Below, piece by piece: positions 26,460 through 40,345 of a DNA stretch of 64,000 nucleotides. Within the stretch, counting starts at the first letter, position 1, and every line of letters starts with the position of its first letter. A model generated the notes under the pieces. That model was not told where the DNA came from. It was given only the letters and a program-made list of their open reading frames with translations, and ran no database searches. Origin of the DNA: Macrostomum lignano (lineage: Eukaryota); assembly GCA_002269645.1 (NCBI GenBank), contig NIVC01002694.1, forward strand, positions 62,001 to 126,000, given 5' to 3'. The position numbers and the translations under genes were made by a program.

Positions 26460-28317
26460 GTAGTAAGTAAATCAGGTAAGATTAATCCGCTAGATAAAAG
26501 AACATAAAGAGAAATAGCCGGAGACCAAGAAGGGTCTTACACCCCCAGCCCCACCTTGTGACCCGTTGTGGAAATCTATAATTTTGCTTCAGGCCAAAAT
26601 GCTTTGCCCCCCTCCACACCATAAAACCCATGGCGACGGCCCTACTTAACTTGTCAATTGGTTTCTCAAAAAAGTGCAGAGCTGAATTACTAAATTATAG
26701 TTGAAGTTCTTTCAAAATTTCAGTTTCATATCGAAAGAATGAGAAGGAAATTAACGCATTTTAAGGAAATACATCGGTATAATATAATTTGCCTTAGCTA
26801 CAAAACATGAGCTCAGAATCCAACTGGTTCATAGCTATTGGACAATTGCAAGGACAATGGCAATTAAAGTATGGTCGCAGGTGAATATTTATTACTTTCT
26901 AATATTATAATCAATGACACCAATATGAATAAAATTTAATAATGCATATATAAAAGTGTAAATGCCTTTCAAATAAACAAGCTGGGATGAAATGCATATT
27001 TGCCTAGTGGCTAATATGCATTATCCATTCAATATTGACCACGCAGCCATGGGGCTTTTAATAGGTGTTCCCAACATCCCACACTAAAAGGATTTCTCTG
27101 TTCTCAATCGATATGATTAAAAAATAGTTAAGGGACAATAGAAGGTGCATGAATCCCTCCGCGTTTGCTAAGGTGACTATTCCAGTAATAAAGACGCGCA
27201 TGCAGTACCTGTAATCGTAGGTTTGATTTTTAGTTCCTAATTGCACAGAGGAATCGTATTTAGCAAATTTGCTGCTAGTTTAAGTGCGTCACGTGATCGA
27301 TTGAAAAATGTAAACAATTAAAGCAAAGATAAAACTACGCTCGTAATCGTATTAGTTTAAACTTATTTTAGAGTCTACAAAAATATTTCCAAAAAACAGA
27401 AAAACCAAATTGACCAAAAAATGCTAAAGCAATGCAAAATAATTGGATTTAAATGATCAATATTGGCTATGAAAATGCTGATAGCCATGATATGCTAATG
27501 GAGAGAAGGAGCAGAGGTATGATTCGATGGAAGTTGGTGACATCGTAAGGCATTCTGGGCTTGGCCGAATCAATACAGCATCGATCCGATTTGATTTTGG
27601 TTTTTTGATTTTATTTCGAATGGCTCGATTCTATGTATACTACTGACAGTGCACTATAAGAGAGATTGAACCAGCAATTTAGCGGGCAGTTAATGGTATA
27701 TTGAGTACAATGAGTGCATTGTCTAGCAATACAATGAGTGCATTGTCTAGCAATTTTACAATCATTATTCACATTTTTATGCAGAACAATATATTACTAC
27801 AAAAATGCATTGTTTAGCAATTTGAAGATCACTATTCACATTTTTAATGCAGAACAATCCATTACTACTACAAACAATACATTGTTTGTAGGATCGTCAA
27901 GCAGCATAACAATGCAAAAAATCAGCGGTCGCAGCACGCGACAACGATTTGTCCTACTATATCAAGCATTAATAATAACCACATATCCTTAACTAAAAAA
28001 ATAGAATTTTTTAAGCCACAAAAAGCTGATAAAAAGATTTTAGTTTGTTTAATCGTCGCTCGCGCCTACCGGCGCTCGCCAGACAATCGTTGTCACGCAC
28101 TGGGACCGCTGATTATTTTATTGATCCATTGACTAGTGTTTCCCTATAGACTAGTCTATGGTCTGGAGAGACAATAACACGCAGCCTTGGAAGAACTTCT
28201 TGGGGTGGGGAGTTTATGGCCATAGACATTTTCTGCCCGAAAATTTGTGGGCATTGAATGACAGTTTTGACTTTGACTTAGACCTTAAATGTAGTCTATT
28301 CGTACATATAATATATT

Positions 28318-28412
28318 AATATAGTTAGGCTGTCTTGGGCAGAAATGAGCTGTCTTGGGCTTCGCGCCTCGTCTGTTTCGCTCATTTCTGCCCTCAACAG
28401 CCTAACTATATT
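28318..28412. repeat. 33-bp-arm inverted repeat (hairpin)
   Basis: Arms 28318-28350 and 28380-28412 are complementary except for 3 central positions. Confidence 0.85.
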
Positions 28413-28649
28413 AGTATTGTAGCCAATCTAAGCCTGCCAACGCAGCGGGCGAGAAATACCATTTCACCCCCGCTGAATCCATTCTATGGTCAAATTCCAC
28501 TTGAAGTAAGCTATTGGCTTCATTTCTCGCCCGCTTCTTCTTCACTTGTCTATGACCTAAGCACTCGAGACCTGTCATATTAAGTCATGTTGAAGTCATG
28601 TTAGAAAGAAAAATCCATCGTGTTTTTATTCCTTTACTGTTTGTTGAAT

Positions 28650-28960
28650 ATGCTGCGTTATTCTTCAATACGCGAAGACGAAATTAGTGGATTGAGCTCA
28701 GATGAGCTCGATTTCATCACGCATCTCGATCCTCGGGACCATGTCGACAGAATCGGTCAATGGACAGGGCTGACGGATGAGCAAGAGAGGCTAATTGATG
28801 AGGAACTACGCAATCCTACACCGGAAGATCACGTTGGAAACCTGTTTCGTGAATTGACACACTATTATTCGTCGACTGGCTGTTCCAGGCCGGTCTGAAA
28901 CAAGCTTTACCGGATCGAACAGGTCGGTTGTATCGACTGGAGACGTAATCGAGAGATCGG
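28650..28960 (+). other. Coding-like fragment, possibly death-domain-like
   Basis: GC-richer island translating to LSSDELDFITHLDPRDHVDRIGQWTGLTDEQERLIDEE..., continuing after a frame change as WLFQAGLKQAL. The resemblance is by eye only. Confidence 0.25.
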
Positions 28961-31451
28961 CTACCGACTACTCTATTGCAGTCGGTAGTTCCCAGAGTGC
29001 AAGCTCACTGTTTGTAAATTGCAAGTTTGAAAAATGTACGTTTAATTTTAATCAATCAAATTAAGGTCAGAAGGTATTCCGCGTGAGAAATCTAAAGACT
29101 TTCAACGGACTATATATCTAATGTTTATCTCATGTTAATGTTAATATCTCATGTTAATGCAAATATTAGCTCAAAATATACACATAGTTTCTTTGTGCCC
29201 CTTGGGGCCATAGACAACTTTTGCTGGCGGGCAGACATCGTTGCTTTCACCCTCGTTTCGGCAGGCTTAGGACTGCTACAATAAAGGTGATTGATTGTCT
29301 GCCGGGCAAAAAAGATCATGGCACAATCGGACTTCTGTCCAAGGCAATCCTCTATGGTTGCGACCATTGCAGTCTGTCCTAACTTTCGAACTCGTTGCTG
29401 ATAATGGTACGGGCAAATGCAAACGACTCATTACACAATATTTTAAATTCACTAAGTGAACAATTACATTGTATACTCAGCAACATTGAAAAGTCGCCAC
29501 GCCAAAGTCAGCATCTATCACCTGGCCAACCATTTTAATAACTAAGCTAGAATTTACTGCACACTTTCAAAGGTGGCGACTTTTTAATGTTTTTGAGTAT
29601 AATTCTTGACAAAAGAATTGTCATAAGCGATTTGATTTATGCTTCCTATTACACAAAGGTAAAACACAATGCACTTTTCACATTAAATATATCACCTTTG
29701 AGCATTTCTAATCTATACTTTAAAATTATTGGAGTCATGCCTATTCAATATCTTTTCGTGGTCCTTGTGTCTTCTGTTGGTTGTCCTTAATCCTTAATCT
29801 CAGTTAGTCCGAATTATCATTTGATGTCAATTTCATTGTTGAGCAGTCATTTTGTAATTGAGACTGTCACAAATTTAAGCAGCTTTATGGCTATTGAGGT
29901 CTATTATCGTCAAGGTTTACTATGGTGATTAAGGCTAATTATTTTAGTTTGATCGTTAGCTAGTCGCATTTGCTATTGCTACTGCTATTTACTGTGCTGT
30001 TTAACTATATCTATTGCTGCCGTTATTGTTAGGGAAATGAAGAGTATAGGACTTCCGCCTCTGCAGACTAAATTGCGATGCGTTTTAAACAAACGCTTCC
30101 ATCTTGTTTTGTCGCAGGCCTGAGCTGGCGAAATCCCTAATCCGGAAATTTTACACTACTAATTTAAAAAAATTACACAGAATTAAAAACTACCTTAAAA
30201 CTGTGTCGCAAATTTAGAAACTGACGTCAATAAAAACAGATAGATACTGGATACAGGATGCTACATATATTTCATTGCTGCATTAAAATAATAAAAATAA
30301 CCGCTTCAGGACGGAAAACGTCAATGGATTGTAAAAGTCTTATAACTCAATTTGGCACATATTTTTTGGCTCTAAACTTTGGTGACGTCAATAGAATGAT
30401 AGGCAAAAATTGCAATTGCAATTGTCACGAAAAAGTATACATAAAAGTGCAGATGTAAACTCGTAAAAGTGGCTAATTATTAGATAAAAATTGATTGATA
30501 AGAAGCATAAACTTAGAAAAGCCACAGAAAAAAGTCACAGCAGCTTACACGACACTTCAAAACGAACGCAAAATTTGTGCAAAGAAAACAATTCTTGTTA
30601 CAAGCTTCTTAAAAAATAATACTTGTATGAAACACAGTTAAGGATGTTAAAAGTCCATCAATAAATTCACACTATTTATTATTATTATAACAAACCAAGA
30701 TTCTTCAGCTGAAATAAAATAAATAATACTCTGAACATGAGAGGTCAAAACCAAATAAAGCTGCTGAGATATTTGTACTATGAGGTACAAAAGAATTCAA
30801 AAAGTATAGCCGATGCCTTTTAGTCATAGAAAAAAATAAAGCAGTACAGATTAATAAAGTTACTGTAAAGTGTCAAACATGTTTTAAAATGTGCAAAACT
30901 ACATGGTGCAGCTGTGAACTATTGATAGGTGTAGGACAAGGTGTCGCAAGAGTAAATTCGATTAGAAAAAAGCTTGTGTTTTAATGTAATAGTAATATCA
31001 GACAATTCATAAGAGATTTTAGATCCCAAAAAACTTAATTCAAAGACAAATATTTTTTAGCCTTTGATTTGGATAAACGAGCAGATGCACAAATTTGAGA
31101 ATTTTACTAAGCAGAGCAGTTACTTGTATTGAAATTCCCCGAGTATAAATTATGCGCGGAAAAAGTTGGGTACTGCTAACAGTTCTACATTCGAAATAAA
31201 GATTACAACACAAGCACAATCGATAGTGCTACCAAACACTTAACAGTTATAGAAAAACAACTAACCTAAAAAGTTCCAATTATTAAAGTAATTATTATGG
31301 AGAGGTTAAAAACCAGCACTTAATTCAACTCGGCTCGGCTAGATCAACTGACGACTTGCGTCTGAAAAAAAGATTTGAAACGTCGTTAGCATATTCTTTA
31401 CAATACCAAGTTAAAGGTGACAAAAATTAAGTCGCTACCTGGTGTGCTTAC

Positions 31452-32754
31452 CTGGAAAATAGATAGGTGGCTAGAAACAAAATAGAAAAGAGCACCAGTA
31501 CTCCACAATAGAGAAGATTAATTTTGGCATTCCTATCGCTTCGTACAAAGAACCACCCACTACTGGTCCCATAAAAAGGCCGAATGAAGTGGCAGAGTTC
31601 GACGTGCTCGAGATCAAATTGATAGTGGCAGCGTTGTCTTCAAAGCCATGTCTGCACGCCTCCTCTAAACAAAGTGCGTAGATCGGAACCATTGAAGCGC
31701 TAACGCCAATACCCATTAATATCAGGCCGGCAATCAAAGTCACGAGGCCGAAGCGAACTGGTATTAGAAGTCGAGGAGGATCAATTAAGAACATGCTTAA
31801 TGCGCAACACAGAATACCAAAGAAAGCGATGCCGGCACCCCATTTCATGTAGTCAGATAGATATCCGAACAGAATAGCGCAAAGACTCAAAGAAAAAAAC
31901 GGAATCATTAGCAGCAGCCCAATAACGGAATGCGAAAATTCAAATTTATCTAGCAAAAACGGCTCTATCACTACGCATATTGTGTCCTCAAGTATTCCGA
32001 TGATAAAAAACGTCAACATAATAACAACTACTAGTGGGATGCGTAAAAAACTGACGAAAGAAACTGGCTTCTCGTGTCCATCATCGCTGACACTTGGAAT
32101 TACGACAATCGCTGCAAATGCCAATAGTAAGAGAAGACCGCCAACTGTAAGCAATGGCAGTTTGAACCCACCAACATCAAACAGGACGCCACCAATTCCT
32201 GGTCCCAGAGTGTAACCGATCGATAATCCAGTTTCCACAACGCCATTGACAGTTGACAAACGGTCTGGGAAGACGCTGGCAAGGGTGGCAAAGGCGGCCA
32301 CGAACAATATAGAAGCACCAATAGCTGATACGGCACGGAGGATGATGACCAGCACAGCGAATAGAACGCCGTTAGGACAGTACTCCAGAAAGGCGAATAG
32401 TAGCCAACAAACGCTACTAATCAGAAGTCCTCCCACGAAAAGAATTTTGTTTCCTATTTTAGTGCTAATGAAGACAACAAATGGACTGAATATGAAGTTA
32501 ACAAGCTCAAAGACTCCGAATAGCAGTCCAGAGACAGTTATTGATATTCCTTTGGACAAACATACTCCGGGAAAGAATGGCGAAATCACAGAGGAGGACG
32601 CGCATACAAGCATGAATGAAAAGAAGCTTGTGGCCAATATTAATATTGAAGAGATGCTGAATCGCGATGGCCTTAGCTTAGTCAAGCAGTGACAACATTG
32701 AGACAAGGTGTCCTCACTTTTCTTATCAACCAATAGAGCTGTCTCCGTGGACAT
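31452..32754 (-). CDS. SLC18B1: MFS transporter, SLC18B1-like, copy 1 (apparent 1-nt frameshift near 31511; terminal exon not found)
   Basis: 427-aa ORF of MFS helices with SPFFP, ETGLSIGYTLGPGIGG, GGFKLP. The paralog-matching last helix and the AG|gtaagc donor are in a shifted frame. Confidence 0.8.
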
Positions 32755-33266
32755 TGCTGATTATTTACATGTACTGTCTTCGTCCGAAAAGACTGAAATA
32801 TTAGTCTGGATAGAACTTTTTCTATGTTATGCTACTGCTGCTAGTTAAAGGCTCTGATCGTCTATTTATAAAAAAAACTAGTTTCTGCTAAATTGGCCTT
32901 GAGACTTCAATTAAAAATGCAGTTTGGCGTTTTTACCGTTGACAAATGTCGATGAACTGTTGAAGGAAAAAAGGTCTACATTACATAAAATTCTTCAAAA
33001 GAACACCAAAACCTATATATTCCCTTTATATATACACCAGCTATTTTCATACACGTAGACACTATTTAACAGTAGAAACGAGCTACTAAATACTATAACT
33101 ATAGTTGTACGCTCGTATCCATATATTGTAGTGACTGGCTGCTAACTAGCTATTCAGCAGCATTCACTAGCTTTCCCTAAGGGTGCTGTGATCCGCTGCA
33201 CAGTAGCTCAGTCCACCTGATCTAGTGAGAGAGATACCCTGTGCTGGGCCTAAGTGTTTACTGCCC

Positions 33267-33628
33267 GATGACTCATCGCCTGAGCAGGCGCGGGCAGCCA
33301 CACTCAATGTATTCCCACTCGCGCTGAGGAGGCGTAGCAGGATAACTCATCACCTGCGCGGAGTGTAAGGGCTGCCTAGAGGGAGTAAACAGGATGACTC
33401 ATCCGCCCAAGTTCTATTTTTAGCACAGAAAAGCACGTGACTGTGCACGCACACTGTGCGTGGCCACTGACCTTGAGTCACGCCACTGCTGCGTGACAGG
33501 GTTGCCTTATTTGGAAGTTGGCCTTGAATCACGCGTCGCTCGCATGATTTTAGTGACCAAATAAGGAAGTTTCACGCGCTCACCGCATAAATTCACGTGA
33601 CTTTTGGGGGTTCGCTCGGCTATAAATA
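33267..33628 (+). promoter_or_regulatory. Promoter-like cluster: AP-1, CArG+ETS, E-box, TATA
   Basis: GATGACTCATC at 33267 and 33393, TGAGTCA 33474, CCTTATTTGG 33505, CCAAATAAGG 33557 (each CArG ends in GGAAGT), CACGTG 33434 and 33594, TATAAATA 33621. Confidence 0.6.
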
Positions 33629-35415
33629 CGGAGCATCTGCGATCCATTATTCTCCAGATCGTGGAGCAACGCGGAGCCGATCGCGTCGTCCTGCCTAGGC
33701 TCGACCGGAGCTGCCTCTCTGCCTCCAAGCTCTCCTCTCTCATTTCAGGTTTTACAGGTTTTCAGGTTCGAGCAGCATTCAACTAAGACGATCGACTGTC
33801 GAGACATTTTTCAGATTTGCCTTTGCTCCGAGCGACTTCGTTATTTTATTTCTGGTGACGGATAGACAACTCTGCCGATGCGTCGAGTCCGCACACCAAG
33901 GTGGCAGCAACCCTACCAAGTCAAGGCTAACGTTTTAGGTTCTTTTTCAGGCAAATCGATAGGTAGTACAACGGTGCTATCTAGCTACTTCAGGAGCAGC
34001 GGGTTCTAATTCTAGAACACCTTCAAGAACCCGAGGAGTAGTACTTCAATATCTATAAAATTTCAAGTCGAATCTATTGCTACTTCAAAATTCAAACAAA
34101 AAATACAAAAAGTAAATAAAAAAGCTGCAAAATTAGTTGCAGCAAAAACTTGTATACTTTTTTAAAATCTAAAAACGTAATTTTGTCAATTATAAATTTG
34201 CTATTGTGAAAACAATTCTGAGACAAAGCAATAAGCAGAAAGTGAGCAATTGAAGATTATAAAATGAGTAGTCGAAGTTTTTTCGTGGATATAACAAAAT
34301 CAATTTATTGTAAAGGGCATCAACTTGCGCCATTTGTGTTTCCCGTAGCAAAGCAATAGAATTCGAAGAATTTTTGAGACAGAAATTTGCAATAAAACAG
34401 CTGCATATGTACACAATTACTACTCGTAGAATACATTTAATATACGCACACTACGCAGTAAATATAAATTTTCTTTGAAAAAAATAAAAGCACAGCAAAC
34501 TAAAAAGGCACTAATAAAATGGTGTCACTGCAGACACTGAGTTTAAAGTGTAGAAAAATTGGCACAATGGAATGAAACAAAAACAGTGTAAAATTCCTAA
34601 CTATATAATATTATCGATATTCAAACGGTAAAACGGCAAGCACAGAAGTAGGCATTTCAACAAGTACAGGGTTTTGTGTAGATCGAAAATATTAGAAGCA
34701 CAATCTGATTAAGTGATGTTAAAATTCTAGCTTAAACAGGAGTTAGTATGCGCATTAGTATGCGCATTATTATTATAAAATGCGCATACTAAGGCCGCAG
34801 ATTATTTCTGATCTTATTTAAGGCAAATTAATACGAAAAAATGGGTAAATAAAAATATTCGTTCGATGTAACGTTCGATATAATCTCGTGTGCAAACCGA
34901 GTATTCAAGTTTTTTCAGTACCAATTTAAAGCCTAAGGGCCTCAGGAGTTTCTACTGTCTCAATTTCCTTGAGTCAATAGGTAAAATACTTTATCCTCTG
35001 CAGTAATTTAGGTTTTTAAAACTTTATCCGAGATTTCCTGTTGAAATTTATCACGGGGAGCACTTTAATAGCTAAGAGTACGGGTACTCTAAGGTAGGAA
35101 ATTATAACTTCTCCGACACGAGCTCATTCTACTTAAGTCATTTTAATAAATCATTAAATGTTCAGCGTTAAAGAAAAGTAGCTTCAGAATCAGCTGAAAA
35201 TCTATTAAGGATTACAATATACCTTATAGGACATAGTTTCGCACAATAGAAGTATATTGATATTTTATAATCACTCTTGATTTCCATTTTGTGCGGCGGC
35301 TTTATCCATCAACTTGATATCGGGCGAAATTCGTCTAAAGTTCGAACAATAAAATTGTTTGCTTGCAGGAGTGCAGAAACATTAAATGACAATGAAAGCA
35401 ATTGCGTATACCTAC

Positions 35416-36718
35416 CTGGTGATAAGCAAGGTGGCTAAAAGCACAATAGATAAAAGCACATGAACTCCGGAATAGATGAACAGTAACGTCTGCAAGCCAA
35501 TTTTCTCGTACAAATATCCACTGACTGTTGGTTCATAAAGCAGCCAAAAAAATAGGTGGAGTTTGCTACGCTTGTTATTAAAACGAATGTAGCAGCGTTC
35601 TTTTCGAATCCATGCTTGCAGACCTCCGTTAGGCACAATCCAAAAATTGGAAATAGAGTAGAACTAACTCCAATTCCAATAAAAATTAAAGCGGCCACCA
35701 AAGAAGCCATTAATAAACGAACAGGAATGTTTGATCTTGGTGGGTCGATGAGAAATAAGCCTAAAGCGCTGGATAGTATTCCAAAAAGCGTGATACCAGC
35801 ATTCCACCCAGTATAGTCCGATAGGAAGCCAACGAAAATTTCAATAATACTCTCACTAGAAAAGGTATCAGAAGTAAAAGACCAATTACAGAATGTGAAA
35901 GCTTGAAAGTTTCAATAGTATAAGGCTCCATCACAACGCCAATAGTGCCTTCCAGTACCCCCACATGCTAAACGTCAACATAATAACAACTACCAACGGG
36001 ATGCGTATAAAACTGAAGAACGAAACTGGCTTCTCGTGTCCATCATCGCTAACACTTGAAATTACGGCGATCGCAGCAAAGGCCATCAGTAAGAGAAGAC
36101 CGCCAACTGTAAGCAATGGCAGTTTGAACCCACCAACATCAAACAGGACGCCACCAATTCCTGGTCCCAGCGTGTAACCGATCGATAATCCAGTTTCCAC
36201 AACGCCATTGACAGTTGACAAACGGTCTGGGAAGACGCTGGCAAGGGTGGCAAAGGCGGCCACGAACAATATAGAAGCACCAATAGCTGATACGGCACGG
36301 ATAATGATGACCAGCACAGCGAAGGTAATGCCTTTTGGTCTGTTCTCCAGAAAGGCAAACACCACCTACGATAAGCTGCAGATAAAGAGCGAACTAACAA
36401 CAAGATTTCTTTTTTGAACTCTTCGGGCAATAAAGACAACAAATGGGCTGAAATGAAATTAACAAGCTGGAAAACACCGTATAACAGTCCAGTGGCAGTC
36501 ATTGACATTCCTCTTGACAGAGAAACTCAGGGAAAAAACGGCGATATTACAGAGTAAGCTGCTGTTGAAAATAAGTCTGAGCAGAAGCAAGTAATCAATA
36601 TTAGAATAGAGGTAAGACCAAGTGTTGAAAGCTTCATTTTTGAAAATATTTTGCAGCATCCATTTTCTTCGTCATTGTTATTATTTATTAACCAGCGTTT
36701 CGAAGTTTCGTTTGACAT
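35416..36718 (-). pseudogene. SLC18B1-like MFS transporter pseudogene, copy 2
   Basis: Collinear with copy 1 but has in-frame TGA (36527-36529, Gly in copy 1), TAG (36366-36368) and several frameshifts. Confidence 0.85.
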
Positions 36719-37903
36719 GTCTCTTGTCGGCAAGATCGGCAAAAACTCATGAATAATAATTTAGAAATATAAACTAGTATAACACTATAATTAAGCAATC
36801 GATTTTATTTAAAAAGAATAATGAAACTATTTACTAATTTTAGGTTTTTTCGTTCTTCAATGCATTGTGTCGATTTTTGTTTCTAAAGATATCATGCTCA
36901 GCAATGCAATTGACAATTAAAAAAGAAGTTAATTTTTTAAGAACCTTTTAAGCTAAGACTTTACAGTAAGATTTGTGGGAGAAACGAGAAAATATTCCTT
37001 ATAAAAACACTATAATTATTCATATAAACTAAAGAAAAATAGCAAAAAGTTTTCGATAGTTCTGCAATCATCGCTTATAATTTATTGAAATTCTTTAAAA
37101 TGTATATTTTGTAGAATATCACAAATACGAAAAAATTAAAAGTCAAGTTGAAACAATAAAAAACTAACGCCGCATTACGAGTATTGTGGCTATGGTTATG
37201 ACTGTTTGAAAATAGCTCGAAAATAGAAGTCTTTGTACTACGATATAACAAAGACAAACTGGTAGATATTAACCATGCAATACGTACGAATGTGAGACGG
37301 CCGGTAGCGGCACGTTTACTTAAAATAGTTACATTTAATATGTGGAGAAGAGAATAAAAACTCAATTTAATACGTAATACTGCACAATATACAGCATACG
37401 TTTTTAAAAGTACAAAAGGATTAGTAAAGAAAATATGGAAGTAGAAAGACTACGTAACAAACTTCGGGTTATCAGTACAGGGATGAAGCAAAAATAGTAT
37501 TTAAAAAAATTAGTTCATCATCTATATCTGAATGATTAACTATCATTAAAGTTAGCTTTGAAGTGCGCACGAAGAATATATGTAAATTTGCGAGGCATTT
37601 TTTAATCTATAAAGCCTTAAAATTTGATACATCAACGTAGGACTGAAAATTATTCTCAATATCTGCAAAAACTTGTAAAAAACTGTTTGGTAAAAATCAT
37701 GACTTTAAACATAGGTAAAAACTGTGCATTGTATAATTAATTTCAGATCAGATACGTCTTGCACGATTTGATTGTTCAATTTAAGACAGAATTTGCTATA
37801 ACAGAAAGAATTATTATGCCGTCATACCAGTTTCAAGTGTAGTTTTTTTTAATATAGTTTGAATGTGTTAATAATTCTAAATATTATTATATAAATCCAT
37901 CAG

Positions 37904-39523
37904 TCAGGCACTTGATGCAGCAGCACCAAAGCCACCAAAGCGATTGGCGCGAGGTGACTCAATAATTTGCACAGTATATTGATAGCTATAATGCGACGCT
38001 AGGCATGAGATGCTGGATCGTCGACTGCGCGGAAATAATGAATGTTCAATAGCTGCTGGGCTGTCTACTGTACTGGCTGGGCATGGTACATCTGCTGAAG
38101 CCTTCGGAGACTCAGCCAGTTTGACATTCTTATATCTATAATGTATTGGCGACTTCAAGTAAGGATTTTGCAAACTAAGCGTTATAACGACAGGAAACTA
38201 TGAGGACAAGGCTTACCTGCTATAAACACGAGCAATTCCAAGCAGTACCGCGCACACAACAAAGAGTCCAGAGTAGGCAAACAAGAGTTTATCGAAGCCT
38301 ATCGTATCGTACAATCGGCCACCAAGAGTCGGACCAATGAATACGCCAAGAGAGTAAGCCGAATTCGTAACGCCCGACACTAAATTTATTGTTGCAATAT
38401 TTTCATCCATTCCATTTGCATAGGCGGCGTCAAGGCAAAGTCCGTAAACGGGAATCATCACTGCCGAGGAGCCCAAACCGACCAATACTAGAGCTGGCAA
38501 CAAGGTGAAAAGTGTCGGCTTGATCGGCAGCACAAAACTGGCAGGATTGATGAAAAACACACCGATAGTGCAGCCGATCAGGCCAAAAATGAGAACTCCA
38601 ATGCCCCAGCCCATTGAGTCCGTCAGCCTTCCCCATAAAACAGCTGACAATGTGTAAACTAGACTTGGCGTTAGAAAAATCAGACCAATTATTGTGGACG
38701 AAAAGTGGAAAGCTGCAGTCAAATAGGGTTCCATAGTGGCGTCAAGCATACCATACATTGCTCCAGTAGCGGCATAAGAAATCAAAATAGCCAATGCAAT
38801 CGGAATGGAAAAGAACTTTAAAAACGATGCCGACCGATTATGTCCTCCGGATTCCGCGGGTAGAGCTGGCGTAATAAGGTACGCAGCCACTGCCGTGAGA
38901 AGTACTAATCCACCGACAGTAAAAAATGGCAGCCGAAATCCTCCAAGATCATAAAATGCCCCGCCAAGCGCCGGTCCAACCATGTAGCCAAGGCCCAGAG
39001 CCATCTCAACAATACCTGTCACTGTGGACACTTTATCTGGGAAAGAGTGCGCCAAAATCGCAAACGACGATACAAGAAATATTCCGCCACCAAATGCACC
39101 GATTCCTCGAGTTAGGAGGCACATTATTGCAAATGTGGACCCATTAGGACAGTACTCTAGCACTCCGAACAGAACTGAGCACGTGCCGCAAATGAACAGG
39201 CCGCAAATGTAGACAAACCTATTACCGACATGGGCAGCAATGTGCACAACAAACGGACTACTAAGAAATATCATTAGCTCAAACTCTCCAATAATTATGC
39301 CGGTTAGTGTCAATGATATACCTTTGGCTTCCGCTGCGCCTGGAAAAAATGGACTCAAGACTGAGAAGGATAGAGCGGCAAAAAAGTTCGAGACTGACAA
39401 AGTGATTAACAGAAATATGTTGGCGCCGCGATATGTCGATGATGATTCACTGTTCTCGGCGCTTTCACTGATGTCACTGGCACCGTTTGCAATCAGGGGA
39501 GATATCTCGTCTTTGTCCGCCAT
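37904..39523 (-). CDS. SLC18B1: MFS transporter, SLC18B1-like, copy 3: complement(join(37904-38174,38217-39523))
   Basis: Intact MFS ORF (SPFFP, EMALGLGYMVGPALGG, GGFRLPF). A 42-nt GT-AG intron joins the C-terminal ORF in phase. An upstream in-frame ATG at 39634 is an alternative start. Confidence 0.88.
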
Positions 39524-40345
39524 TGAAGAGGAACATCCTGAAACAGTCAGTTGGATTGATTGACGATAAAGTTTAGTAACTACACTGAAGAAAACAGAAA
39601 GTAATTCAAGCCTAGACGAACACAATTCTGACATCAAGTGGAATATTATGAGATATTTCTATTATTAAGGTTCTTTTTTACGAATTCGAAAGTTGTGACA
39701 TTCAATAATAATAAAAAAATAATACGAAAATCGTCGAAAAAATAATGTCGAGTATATTTTATTCAAAATGTAGAAAAATATATGAATTTATCCGAATACA
39801 CTCTAGCATAGAAAGAACATTGAAAATAGTTTTTAATTTGGTCTCAAAGTCACAGACAATTATTCGCGGGTTTATTCATTGCTTTGTTGTCGTAGATTCG
39901 AATCACAAGAAAAAATGCACTTTTAAATGATATTTGTGAATTGATATATGTTCCGACACTTAAGAAATTTTCTTCTGACAAAATGCCATTTCTAATGCTG
40001 AAATTTTGAGCTACAGTTTGCTAAAATGATTGGCAAATAGCAAATACGATTATTATTTTTATGCGCACCGAGGAATACCGTACCGTACAAGCATGTAGAT
40101 AGTGAATTCAAAATAAATAATCACATTAGCTACACGAGAAGAGATAGTTCAGTCCGACGAAGACATGAAACTTGGAAGTCTCGATTAGATAGAGGCAAAA
40201 CGTAGAAGAAAAATTGTCAAGGATTAAAAACTTCGCAAAATGTATCAAAACTATTGATTAAACACCAAGCATTTTCTTTTTGAGAGACTAAAATTTTAAT
40301 AAACTATATATTAAATTACACGATAACGCACTTAAGTTACAAACT

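Larger units (their letters stand above)
15940..26643. mobile_element. Small CAGGG-ended TIR element split in two (15940-15993 and 26542-26643) by nested insertions
   Basis: Left end caggggcgttgcca and right end tggcgacggccct are inverted repeats. The two halves align collinearly to the related element at 61199-61712. Confidence 0.55.

Noticed and set aside
35416-36718. MFS copy 2 lesions as mere sequencing indels
   Set aside because: Two are in-frame nonsense substitutions, and the neighbouring genes are not similarly broken.
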